Shown here one piece after another: positions 27,050-38,900 of a DNA stretch of 64,000 bases. Where the stretch lies: assembly GCA_030141605.1 (NCBI GenBank), contig JAQGDQ010000430.1, positions 135,128 through 199,127 of the forward strand, read 5' to 3'. Source of the DNA: Tubiluchus corallicola (taxonomy: Eukaryota; Animalia; Priapulida). Numbering within the stretch: position 1 is the first letter of the stretch; every line of letters begins with the position of its first letter. A program made the translations under genes and the position numbers. A model generated the notes under the pieces. The model did no database searches. It was not told the DNA's origin and saw nothing but the letters and a program-made list of their open reading frames with translations.

Positions 27050-28100
27050 TAGACACGTGCTGAAGCCTGCCACCCGGGATGTAGGTGAGAATTGTCAATA
27101 TGGATGCTGGAGATTGTCACTCGGGATCATAGCCATGGAGGTGAGAATAGCCAACATACGTGTTGGAAATTGCCACCCTGGATCAGAGCCATGGAGGCGA
27201 GAATAGCCAACATACATGTTAGAAATTGCCACCCTGGATCAGAGCCATGGAGGCGAGAATAGCCAACATACGTGCTAGAAATTGCCACCCTGGATCAGAA
27301 CCATGGAGGCGAGAATAGCCAACATACGTGTTGGAAATTGCCACCCTGGATCAGAACCATGGAGGCGAGAATAGCCAACATACGTGTTGGAAATTGCCAC
27401 CCTGGATCAGAGCCATGGAGGCGAGAATAGCCAACATACGTGTTGGAAATTGCCACCCTGGATCAGAGCCATGGAGGCGAGAATAGCCAACATACGTGTT
27501 TTAGATTTCCACTTTGGACGACAGCCACAGATGTGACGCTAGTCAAGTCTTGTCTCTAGTCTACATACTTGAGATTGCCACTCTGGATGACTTGACATGA
27601 AAGTGACACTAGTCATCATGTATGTTTGAGACTGCTACCCAGGCTGACAGCCATGTATGTGAGAATTATCAACAGACATGTTAGTGGCCGCTGTGGAGAT
27701 GACACTGGTCAACACGCATGTTGAAAATTACCACTTTTGATATTAGCCATTAAGATAAGAAAAGTCAACATAGATCTATATAGTTGGAATTGCCACACTT
27801 GATATCAGCTGTGGAGGTGACATTAGTCAACGCGCATGTTGGAGATTGCCACATTTGATGTTACCTATTAAGGCTAGAAAAGTCAACTTATGTAGTGGGG
27901 ATTGCCACACTGACAGTCATGTAGGTGTGAATAGGTAACCGGTATGTTGGAGACTGCCACACTGAATAACAGCCACAGGAGTGATACTGTTCGACATACA
28001 CATTGGAGATTGCCACGCAGGCTAACAGCTAAGGATGTGACACTGTTCGACATACATATTGGAAATTGTCATGCTGGAAAACAGCCAAGAAAGTGACACT
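27050..28100. repeat. 56-bp tandem array: homogeneous core (~27110-27500) inside a diverged older array
   Basis: Core unit TGCCACCCTGGATCAGAGCCATGGAGGCGAGAATAGCCAACATACGTGTTGGAAAT (starts at 27171 and 27227). Diverged units carrying GAGATTGCCAC...ACAGCCA...GTGACACT/GTGAGAAT continue to ~28100. Confidence 0.93.
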
Positions 28101-28720
28101 GAGAATAGTAAAGGTTAGCTTGTGAAAACAGCTACCCGCTAACCGGTGCTGCCCATATTGCAAAGGCGGTGACACAAGTGAAGCAGACAGGAAAATGTTC
28201 CGTCTTTCATGTCACAGATACGATGGACTAGCAGGATTTGCTAATGTCGGGACAAATTTCAAATTTAAAATGATTAACAATTTTATCCATGATATTGGGT
28301 ATCATCCATGATGGCCATTGGGTATTAGAAAAAAAACAGATAAAGAGACAGGAGAGAAAGAAACCAGACAAGAGAAAAGCATTAAGAGTTTCATGAAAAC
28401 ATTACGATCCATGTATGTCCATTTAAATACGAGTTACAACATTAAAATCATTTAACAACAAATCTGCGCCTTACAATCAACGGTTATAAATTCCACAGTT
28501 TATACGTATTGCCATTCTTCTTTTCCATTTTTTTTCTTTTCCTTTTTCTTTTTTTTTGTTTCCTAAACGTCATCTGCTAAGGACGCGAACCACCGTGTTT
28601 TCAATTCACCCAGTTGTGTTTACATTTAAAACAAAGAAAAGCAGCTGTGCGCCAGTGCAGGTGAAACTTTAAAGAGACGTAGGCCTAATTGATACTACGT
28701 CAAACACGATTTACGTTTTA

Positions 28721-28928
28721 CGAGGGCGGCTTCAAGAACAAATGGCGCAAAATGATTTCTTGATTATTTCTTTCAAAATTTTCTATTTCCTTGAGCAATT
28801 AATTAAACTTGAGCAATTAATTAAAAACGTCGGATACTTATCCTTTTCGCATCCCTGGTGGTAGCGTCTTTAGCCCGAGAATATCGTTGCTTAAAATAAG
28901 CAGCGTCCTCGTCTTAGAGCCGCCCCTG
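28721..28928. mobile_element. Degenerate short hAT-like MITE
   Basis: CGAGGGCGGCTTCAAGA versus the reverse complement of TCTTAGAGCCGCCCCTG matches 13/17; no TSD seen; internal duplication of CTTGAGCAATTAATTAAA. Confidence 0.45.
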
Positions 28929-30540
28929 CTTACAGGTAACGACAAACAAATCAGGTAGAACCAAATGAGACATTATTGATAAATAATTTACTGTAATGAC
29001 GAATGGCGCAATAAGTGTTCAGGTGTATGTACCTGACCACGGAAAACATTGATAATAGCAGGGCCACACGCAAACTGTGATTAAAAATGAGCTGCTAGAG
29101 CAACTAATAGAAATAGAAATAAGAGAAAATCCTCATTTAGGTCTATATTCACTAAGTCATATGTAAATAAGTCAAATATTTTATCAAATCGTGTGTGATA
29201 ATTATTAATTGTGATGCCCGCCGTGGAGATACCTGTATTAGTCCAAGTCTGTTTTGTAAATCTACTACAAATAAATAAAATTTAAACTAAACTATATCTT
29301 GTCATTCTTTCAAGGACAAAGCAAAACGTACTTTAAATCTCAGAAAAATTTCATTATTTCTTCATGAAAATACTAAAAATAAAGTAACATTGTGTTCCAC
29401 AGATCACGCTTAATACTTATCTAACTGTTTTAAGTTTTTGAATAATTTTAAATCCATAGTTAGCAAGATTTATCACTTTTTACTCTTCGATACTCCGTAT
29501 ATTTTTATATAGAAATACAGAAAAGGACGAAAATTAACTCAAAGTTGAGCAGTTTTTGCAGGGCAAAATGGGCTAATGTCGTAAAGGCTTTAATAAAAAA
29601 CAGCTTACTATAGACAATGTTATTTCCTCTTATTTATTAATAAATAAAAGCAAAAACAGATTATGTATTACTTTGTTCTTTTAGCAAAACCTGAAAAGTT
29701 CATGTCTTACATTAACCCATTTTACCATAATTAGTATTTGCCAGGACTCCCGTTTATTTGCATTCATCAAAAAGTACCCAGCTTTCTTAAATGCAGCAAT
29801 TACTATAACAGCAGATCTAAATAAATTTCAATTAATTTATTACTTGTAAATTTCGCCAGTTTACATTATACTTTCCCTAGTTTTAGCACAGGTAATCAAA
29901 GCCAGATATACATACACTGTACACATAAACTTCTTAAACATCGATATAACTGAGAATTATTAATTTGTTTACTTATTATTATGGCAGTGTACATTGTCTT
30001 AAACATAACTGCCAACTGGACAAACATCTATGCGTCTCTACAGAGGAGGTGGGTGTTCTGTAAAGAGGTATTATAGATGGATAGGCACAGAACACTTTCA
30101 ACTTAAACACGCGTATTTGAGCAGGAACCACGAATGTAAACATTCATTTAGACTGAAACCCGGATCGATATAGACACTGAAAGGACAGATAGGTGCTTGT
30201 TTGAAAAGACTATCGCTGCCTAACTACTCGTGTTTGAATATTATTAACCCTTTTACGAGCGGCACGCGCTCGCGCGGCGTCTGCAAGGCGGTAAACTTGG
30301 CGCGGATATAATAAAACGACAGGCTCTTAAAAGTTTAATGTGGTTATGACAGTAAATACATGTGATATTATTGCAGAAACCCGCGGAAGCGCGAAGATCA
30401 ATGTTATTGTTGGATTTAGGACGTTTGTTATAATATTTGTGAGAGTGATTATCCACGAGTAAGCAGAAGCTTTAGAGCTGAACAGCTGAAAAAACTGAAA
30501 CACAAGCTTGCTAACGAGTTTTACAAAGTAACCAATTGAA

Positions 30541-30830
30541 TTCTTCTTCTTCTTCTTCTTCTTCTTCTTCTTCTTCTTCTTCTACTACTTCTGTTGCTCT
30601 AAACATCTGTTATAGACGTAGAGCCTCTATCCTTTATTAGAGCACCCGCTGTTTCCTGTCTGCAGCTAAAGTGTTCAACTCCTGCGATGCTCTTGTTAAA
30701 TTTGGTCTCAGCTGTTGTAAATCTTCATTAATTCTTGATTTCCAAGTTGTTTTTGGTTGGCCTGGAGGTCGCTTAGAAGGTTTCTGTGCCTCGTTTAATG
30801 TTAATCTTACTGGTGTTGTTTCTAGTCACT
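30541..30830 (-). mobile_element. 5'-truncated RTE-clade LINE, 3' end with (GAA)n tail
   Basis: Minus-strand translation LETTPVRLTLNEAQKPSKRPPGQPKTTWKSRINEDLQQLRPNLTRASQELNTLAADRKQR fits the RTE ORF C-terminus (KRPxGRPKTTW...DL...A.DR..W); the (TTC)n run at 30541-30582 is the tail. Confidence 0.85.
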
Positions 30831-31116
30831 TTTCAAGGGCTGCGTACATTCAGCTAAGTTTGACTTTGTCTTTTTTGTCGAGAAAAAATGGTCTTATTTT
30901 TTATTTAATTTTGCACCAAGTTGAAAAAAGGCTAATTTCTAATAGTCCTTGTTGCCTAGCCCAAAACGGTCAGCAGGGGAACTACTGTACTAACAGGGAT
31001 CGACTTTATTTGCATCAACAAACTCTTCTAGATTATGAGCAATCGAGCCTGTGTTTTTATAATAATCGAATTTCAATCATTCGTTAAACTTATAGAGAAA
31101 ATATCTGCGTCCGTCT

Positions 31117-31199
31117 GTGTCTAGTGTCTCTGTGGTATAATGATTAGTATAGCTCCCCGGAAAGTAAACAGTCTTGAGTTCGAATCGCAATGGAGGTGA
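31117..31199 (+). pseudogene. tRNA-derived repeat, family B, copy 3
   Basis: GTGTCTAGTGTCTCTGTGGTATAATGATTAGTATAGCTCCCCGGAAAGTAAACAGTCTTGAGTTCGAATCGCAATGGAGGTG with A and B boxes and T9 about 20 nt downstream; aligns with the 7.3 and 7.5 kb copies. Confidence 0.65.
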
Positions 31200-33499
31200 T
31201 ATGATTAATACCGAAAAGTGATTTTTTTTTAACTAAAGCTCAGCAACTACTAAGAACCCAGCGCACGCAGTGGTTATAGATAGCTCACACAGGCAGCAGG
31301 ACGCAACCACCATAACATACCATAAACTGCATATTAGCCAGACCATTAATTACGCAACAATGTACAGGCCAGCAGCCGAATGGCACACACTCCTCCCATT
31401 ACTACAACCATTTATTATATAGAGCTGACGGAAACAGGGCCGCTTATGGTAATTATAGGACACTTTAGGCTAATTAAGTAGTTTTGCAGGCTTCATGAAA
31501 ATGCCTTGCCGCAGCGGGCGCGCCAAGTGTTTTTAGAAGACAGGTCTTTTGTGGAAGCCAAAACCACTCCGGAGAATTCTCGCCCTGTAACGTAGGTTGA
31601 TATGCTATCACTTCTTTAAAATACTTGAAAACTGCAGTTTTAGTGTTGAAGAATAAAAAAAATAAATAATATTAAAGGTAACTTTGTTTAATCGCATTCA
31701 TTTTTGTTAATTTATCGGGTAATACTGACGATGTTACGCTAAAGTACATTGCAAGTCAACTAACTTAAAATGAAACAAACGTCACGCAACATCAATGAGA
31801 TGTATTATAATCGAAAACATATGTGCAAGTTTGAAATAAATTTACAAAACGAAGAGACATCCATCACTGATTTAGCCATAGTCATACATTCGTGAAATTT
31901 AGTTTTGCACAATATCCCTAGCTAAAAGAACTTCACGCACTGTTTCCAAAAATTTCATTAAAAAGGGCCGTATTACAATTATTATCAAAAAATGGGAAAC
32001 TCTAAAATGACGTGTAAACGATTGATTTGCGCATGAAGCCAATAATGTAAATACGACTTTTTTATTCCCATATAGCAATTTCAAACTGTTTAACACAATA
32101 ATACTACACTATGCTTACTATGGCTCAAAATACAGTTTCGATGACTAAAAATACCTTAACGGATATAGAATTAAATGAGCTCACAGAATTATCCATAGCA
32201 AAATGTATGTCATGAAATGATAGCCCCGTTATACTTAAACGTAATCATAAACGTATTTAAAAATATATAAACGTATTTTCAATACTGCTTTTCAATTAAT
32301 TCGTTCCACTTGTTATTGTCAGAAATTAAAAATCAACAAAGTTTTTGAAGAAATGAGTCACTCCCATTGTGAAACCAACATGAATCGTATTAACGGTAGT
32401 ACTAGATATTAAGATAAGTGTTCCTTACTCTAACTTTAATGCTCTTTCTAGCCGGCCGACGGTTTAGTCGGTTTTTACCCATTCTTTTTGGCCTATCTTT
32501 TCTTCACACCTCTTACAATGCAATGGGCCAATGGTAGATGAGAATCTAAATCAGCGCTTAAAAAAAGGTTGTTGCATTATATTCTTGTTTGCGAATATTG
32601 TTGTACAAAAGCCTTGAACACAGTGCCTTCTTGATATAGATGGTTGCGGTAGGACCCGCACCTTTATCATAAAGAACAATCCGCTAAAATGAGATACTGA
32701 ACGAGAAGTATTTTTCTGGGTTCAAATGTGCATCGATTTTTCTCCCCTGACAAATCTGGCCACACTGACTGACAAAGGCAACATGGCAAATAAATCCGCA
32801 TTGAAAGCAGCTTCTCGGCGGTCATTCATTCATTAACTGTCAAAGTTGTTCAAGATTCAGCTACGAAAAAATACTGTGACCGCTCAGCCATACACCCGTA
32901 ACTCCCGTGAAGGTACTTATTGGGACCGGATGGGTCATAGATCACTGTACCTAAGTGTCCGTGATCTGTTCCAAGCTCTGCGTAATAAAATATATCAGTT
33001 GGCAACATCACCTCTGATAATAATCTCATGCAGCTTTTGTGCGCATACTCCTGCCTCGTCCTATGCATCTCATTTTCATATTACTCAAGGGACAATGACT
33101 TTGTTAAACAGACTCTTGGTCATCAGGAGGTTCCGTTACAAAGGGGAAGAGAAATCTAATGCGAGAGGGATGATTTTCAGCAAACACGAGAGGACAATTA
33201 CCATCGTCTGCCATATGCTCTTCACTTTGCTCAAGCGAAAGAGGAAACGAATGCAAATTTTTCGTTTATCAGAAGTGCTGAAAAAGTGATCCTAGATAAA
33301 TACTGGGTGGCTATTGTTTTTTCTCGCTCGCTTTGTTAACTTTGTAATTTAGGTGCTCTAACTTCTGGAAACTTGATCTCTATGGAGTATAATCAATGGA
33401 AGTTATGGCATCTCAATAACATGCAACCATGGCAACAAAACTAAACGGTGTAGGAGTTTTCAAACAGTAATGCAAGCTCATTGCGTAACGTGATTCTTA

Positions 33500-34800
33500 T
33501 ATTTTAGCCAGGGGTTTTCCATAATTGCGAGGGTGAATACATGGAGTGATGCGCTGAAGCCTATAATAGCCAAAAGGCTGTTACTGAACAATTGGCCCGA
33601 ATGTCAACGAATTACTCGAATACGACTAAATTTTTTCCATTTTTCTATTTATGAAACTAGTTGCTAGATATCCAAACGCTGTGGCAAAATTGTAGGAAAC
33701 AGTAAACCTGATCGAACCCGACCTTGGTGCTTACGACTTCAGCACCTACGACTTGCAGATCTTCTTAAAAAAACTAGCATACTCATAGTTTAGATCCAGC
33801 TCGTGAACAAACCCACTCACACTGAATAAACACTTTCAACATGAATACGATGAAAATGCTGCATATATGCGTGAATGATTTTGTCCCTCTGAAAGTAACT
33901 GCTAAAAACAGCGCAATGGCAATGCATGGTCTTAATTGTGGACTGCGACGCGTCCCGTTATGGAGACAGAGGTGGCCTATATTTCCAAGCTGCTCAAAGG
34001 AGGTATTTATAGTATGCCAGCCATTCAGTTTTTTGTAAAGGAATACCTCCGGGAACGGCGCACCGTTGAACAAAAGTACGGTGACTCACAAGAAGCAACC
34101 AGTGTTTGTAGTGGCTTTCATTCTCCCCGGGCATTTCTATGCTGGACAAAGATCTAGTTAATATCAGGCAATAATCGAGGCGGGGCGACCCGCTACCGCC
34201 AAAAATTAAACATCGTCGCAAAATACACACATTCTGTTTATCCAATAAACAGAACTACCAAGATTTCTATGCATTTATAATAGGCATTTACGCTGGGCTA
34301 TTCAACCAGCTGACAATACCAGGTTTTTGCATAAAGAACTGAATATGGATTTTCCGTTGCAGATAGTATTGGCAGCAACCACGTGGTTCGGAAAATACCA
34401 CAGTGTCCGAATCGATGGCTGGTCTGCAATTCGTCACCTTGAAAATGAGTTCTTAAATATGTGTGTTAATGCTGAGACTTTGAAACCAAGTGGGTAGCGT
34501 TCAAACATCTGGTCAGATTAGTGAGGAAAAGAGGGCCGCTGAGGGGTCGTGGTTTGTGCTTGGCCACAATAGTTCTGCAGCGCCGGGCTTGCTTAGTGAA
34601 TGGGTAGGTGAATGTTGAAAAAGTGTGGTTTTATCTGCCGCATACGGCCTGTCAATAATGCACGTGAGTTTCATCTGGTAGCAGAGGTTTCCAACCAACG
34701 GGGCGTTTCCTCACGGGAAAATTTTAGGATCTCAAGAGAAGAATTGGATTACAGATTAGCAGACACAAACCATTTGGTGACCTGCCACGTTGATTGACCG
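33500..34800 (+). mobile_element. Possible highly decayed DIRS/Ngaro-like (tyrosine recombinase) retrotransposon
   Basis: Broken + strand peptides in the expected order: RT-like QGFSIIARVNTWSDALKPII (~33510-33570); RNase H-like VLIVDCDASRYGDRGGLYFQ (33929-) and AFILPGH; YR-like AIIEAGRPATAKN*TSSQNTHILF and IVLAATTWFG (34168-). Many stops and frameshifts; motif matching by eye only. Confidence 0.35.
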
Positions 34801-36594
34801 TTTTACAAATTGGACAGGACCTCACATTATTGAATCTCACAGATTGAATTTAAAACTATTTCTCTTTAGATTCTAAAATCTTTCAATAGTTTCTATTGAT
34901 ATTAAACTTGTAAATATCCTCTACAAAAGTAAAATAAATGTACAATTTACTAATAAAATAAATTCAAATAATCTTGGAAACGAGGAGAGCATTTTAACAT
35001 GTACCGTTTCTAAGAAGCACTGTTGCTTAGAGGATTAGCTAGGTCCCAATACAGCCACAACCATTAAACATTAATGAGGACTGAAACCGGTTAAATAATT
35101 CTGCTAAAACAATAAAAATAGTTTCATTTCTTATTTTTACCATTTTTTCTTTTTCATTTGTTCATTTAATTTTTCATTTTCACATTTTCATTTCCACACT
35201 TTTATTTCATTGTCAATTGATGTCACATTTTTTCGTTTTTCGTTTTTTTAAAGAGAGGATTAACCAGGCACGTACTTCCACAAGTCTGTGATTATGTCAC
35301 CGGGCACCTATGTCACCTATGACGCCATGTCACCTATATTGTTGGGCACATAAACTTTAGAGCGTTTACTTCTCTGTAATTTTAAGGATCTATGCCGGTG
35401 CAGTGACCGTTATATTAATGACAGTAAAAACATCGCAGTGTTGCCAGGCTTAGCCATCAATGAGAGAGCCAATGCTTCACGTATATTATAGTTACACGCT
35501 TGTTGAAAGAATCGCATAACCACAAAGAAACCTAATTTCCGCTTTTTTCCTCGGCTTTAGAATACTTTATTTCACCTCCCATGGATTTTTACCTCCCGTG
35601 GTTTTTGCTGAGCCAGTCTATAAATCAGTTTCCCACGGAAAATTGCTGACAGGATAATCCTATATCAAATCATGATTATCATTCAAAATAGTATAAAATG
35701 TTTATAATCTCTAAGGCACAAATTGTTGTGCAGGATACTAGTGTAGAGACTACATCTGTTTACAGACATAGTTCAGTTTTTAATCATAAGTATCAAAATT
35801 TTACCATGCTTTATTAATACGTTCCTTAAGTAGGCATAACATTTTGCACCTGGCATTAATGATTATAATAAATATATGAAACTAGTTTTTGCAAACGACA
35901 AAAAAGCGGTATTAATGAAACATACATAAACGTCGAGTTTTGAATCTACTGCACGTACTTGTACTTGTAAAATTCTGGACGTGATAATAAAAAGCTACAA
36001 TTTTTTGAAAGTTAGATCAAGTGGCATAAACACAAGAAACGTACCGCAAAAGTTAAAGAGCCATTTTGATTAGGCATGACGTTTAAGGTTGGTTACGTTC
36101 TGCTTTCTGCACTTTTGCATGGACAAGGGTTCTCTGCGGAGGTCAAGTCTATACAAGTCAAATTAAAACAGACTTGCACAGCAATATGCACTTACACGAG
36201 GCACCACCCTTAATAAGCCCATCGACACGTACCCCCATAATAAAAAATAAATAAACAAACGGTATTTAGCCATAGACAAATTTATTCAAAACCATTCATA
36301 TCTTTCTCGACCTTGTTTCGACCTTCACTGATAGTCATTCAATCTAAAATACAAAATACTAGACACAAGATTTCGGTAGATCGATCTGATTTTGTATGAT
36401 TTTTGGTCATCTCGTTTGACTCTTGTTTCTTGATAGTCATTATCTGCATTAAAGCTATTTCGTTTTTACTTTGTTAGAAAATGCGCTCACCGTCCCTCCT
36501 CAGTGGTTCCTAAATGCCAGCAGTTTGCTCGGAGTGTTCGTCTTGCTCATGTTCTTGTCCCAGACATTCCTAGATCCAGAACAACTGTTTCTAC

Positions 36595-37066
36595 TGCCAA
36601 TTGTATTATTAGGAGGTTGAAAAATTGTTCTGTTGATGTGAAGAGAAGAGTTTTTGTAGCATTTTGCACACACTGCTGCAATAGTCTCTGGTTTAATCAC
36701 AATAAAGGATATATTGAAAGAATACGCATTACTTATAATTGCCATTAGAAGACTATTTAATCTTCAGACTACAGACTACTAGTGGCTGTAGTGCAAGCCA
36801 AATGTATGTTTGCTACAAAGTTGTATTTAGTCTCAGAAGTAGGCTGTTTTTGAGTCAGAATACTCTTATTAATAACTAGCTGTATTATACTGATACAATT
36901 TTTAGATCAAACATTTTTAAGTCGTGTCAAAGAATTTTATTTACCCATTCTAACTAACCCGTTCTTGTATATAAGCTTACTATGTTTCTGTAATTGACTC
37001 TGTGTTTTAACTTGTGCCTTGTTCTATGGACTGTAAACGTCTGAAATAAAATAAATAATAATAATA
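36595..37066 (+). mobile_element. 3' fragment of a non-LTR retrotransposon (post-RT region; clade uncertain, RTEX/CR1-like)
   Basis: ANCIIRRLKNCSVDVKRRVFVAFCTHCCNSLWFNHNKGYIERIRITYN, then after a frameshift IRRLF and CSASQMYV, resembles the post-RT segment of invertebrate LINEs. It ends GTCTGAAATAAA(ATA)n. Confidence 0.75.
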
Positions 37067-37844
37067 AGTCTAGCATTTTCATCGGGCTTCTTATCTGTGA
37101 AACTCTCTACGAGAACATGACCTCTTTATCGTGATAACTAAAACTTTGCTTCACGAATGGCGTTAACAGATGTCTCCGTTATTAGTAAACTTATTACAAT
37201 ACTATTTTTTTGTGACCTGTGTCCAATTTTCCGTCTTTCTACTGAGTGGCCAGTACTCTTGTGGGGTAATTTGTATAAAACAACCAGCGGATTTTTTTTA
37301 TTTTTAACACTAGTGCAATTTTGGTAAGTGTCCTACGCGTGCAGTGTTGAGAGAAAAAGAAGAAATGGTATACGTAAGATAAAGATCTAGTAAATCTTTT
37401 CGCCTTGGCTGAGAATCAACCAGTACTGAAGTGGTAGATTAACGGCTTAAACTAGTTTCTAAGAGCCAGGTATGTCTTGAGTGTGACCAAGTGCTGTCGG
37501 CGGCCCTTTTTCACGTCCGTACGTGAGACCCGAGAGGTTACCTGGATCCCAAAATCACATCACGTGATCACTTGAGAAAAAATCGTGTGAGTTATTGTTT
37601 AAGAAGCGTCGGCTACTCAATTTGGTATTGTCGCGAATCAAATATTATAGTTTGCGCTGTTTTTCCAGTTTGTTAGTATCATTCCATATTCAGTTTAAAT
37701 GTATGCAAACATATGTGCTTAGAAAAACGTGAAGTTCACTTATTGTTATTTGAGATTTGTCGTATAGCCAATACGAAACTGGTACCGAGATGACATATGT
37801 ATTTTTAATAGTTAAAAAAATTAACATATATATGTTACTTTTAT

Positions 37845-37960
37845 AACAATGCAAGTAAGGAAGCAACAAACAAACAACAAATAACATATAGAATACATAT
37901 CTTGGCGTTGGCAGCCGCTAGATTCGAACTCAAGACGCGTAGTTGCATTCCGACAAACAC
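37845..37960 (-). mobile_element. tRNA-derived SINE, family A, inverted partial copy
   Basis: Reverse complement GCGTCTTGAGTTCGAATCTAGCGGCT...ATGTTATTTGTTGTTTG...CTTCCTTACTTGCATTGTT aligns with 4181-4273. Confidence 0.75.
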
Positions 37961-38708
37961 GTCAATGACGAATTAACAATTAACACACAGTAACATGAAA
38001 TTAATGGCTCTTATAGGTATTTCACAAAGTACACGACGCCATTTTGTTCAAAATCACAAATTCTCTGCTTGAAAATCTGCAAAAATTTCAAGCTATTTTG
38101 CATTTTAATGAATTAAAAGATTGCTCCTTTCTGACGAAACGTTGCGTAACAGAAATAGTCTTTTGGTCTGTTATCTGTAACAATAGCACTAGCAAATCGT
38201 CATGTTAGGCTGAGAAAAGCGAAAAATTAAATTGTATGGGAATAAGGGTATTAAGGCCTACTTAACTCCTAATTTAAAATATACTATAAAATATTTTTTC
38301 TATGTTGTTCCTTGACGAACTAAGAAATTACATTGAAAATTTTCAAAATTTAATGTGCCGTATAATCCACGAGTTCTAAAAATGGATAAAAATATAACAT
38401 TACCTATACTTTTAAACGTTTTTATCCGCAATATTTTTCATCAGTTACATCTCTGACCCTGAAATGCAAAAAAAATTGCACGAATTTGGTTTTTGAAGGA
38501 GTATTTGCCGGGGCATTTCATTTTGTTGCTGTTGCCCTTGTCGTTGGCAGTGTCACTGCCACTGCTGCTATTGCTTTGCTGTTTTTGTTGGTGGTTGTAA
38601 TACTGTTGTTGGTGTTGGTGATATCGTCGTCATTGTCATCATAATCACCGTCGTCCTGACTGCTTCTTACTGATGTGTATAGATTATTAGGAATAACAGT
38701 CTGTCCTG

Positions 38709-38900
38709 GGCTGCGTGGCCGAGTGGTCTAGATTTCAGAACACAACCACGCAGTCTTGAGTTCGAGCCTAGCGGCTTTATACGGCAGAGCATACACCCTA
38801 CATGTTTATTAGTTATTTGTGTGTTATTAAATAGCCGTTAATGCTAATGTTGTTTATTAAATAAACGACAGTAAATAAATGTTGTCTTTTTGTCTTTGTT
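38709..38900 (+). mobile_element. tRNA-derived SINE, family A, best-preserved head
   Basis: GGCTGCGTGGCCGAGTGGTCTA (Leu/Ser-type A box), GTCTTGAGTTCGAGCCTAGCGGCT, and a body and 3' end that match 4150-4350. Confidence 0.8.

Noticed and set aside
27110-27500. CRISPR-like appearance of the 56-bp array (and of the 54-bp array at 45 kb)
   Set aside because: Units repeat in full with no unique spacers, there are no cas genes, and the context is eukaryotic.
32846-33289. 147-aa non-repetitive ORF as a cellular gene
   Set aside because: Non-ATG start and no recognisable family; it lies next to the putative decayed retroelement and is more likely chance or TE debris.
36300-36345. Penelope-type hammerhead ribozyme-like motif (GTTTCGACC...GTCATT); similar traces near 39390 and 44210
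   Set aside because: The CTGANGA...GAAA core is not intact with pairing stems at any of these sites.
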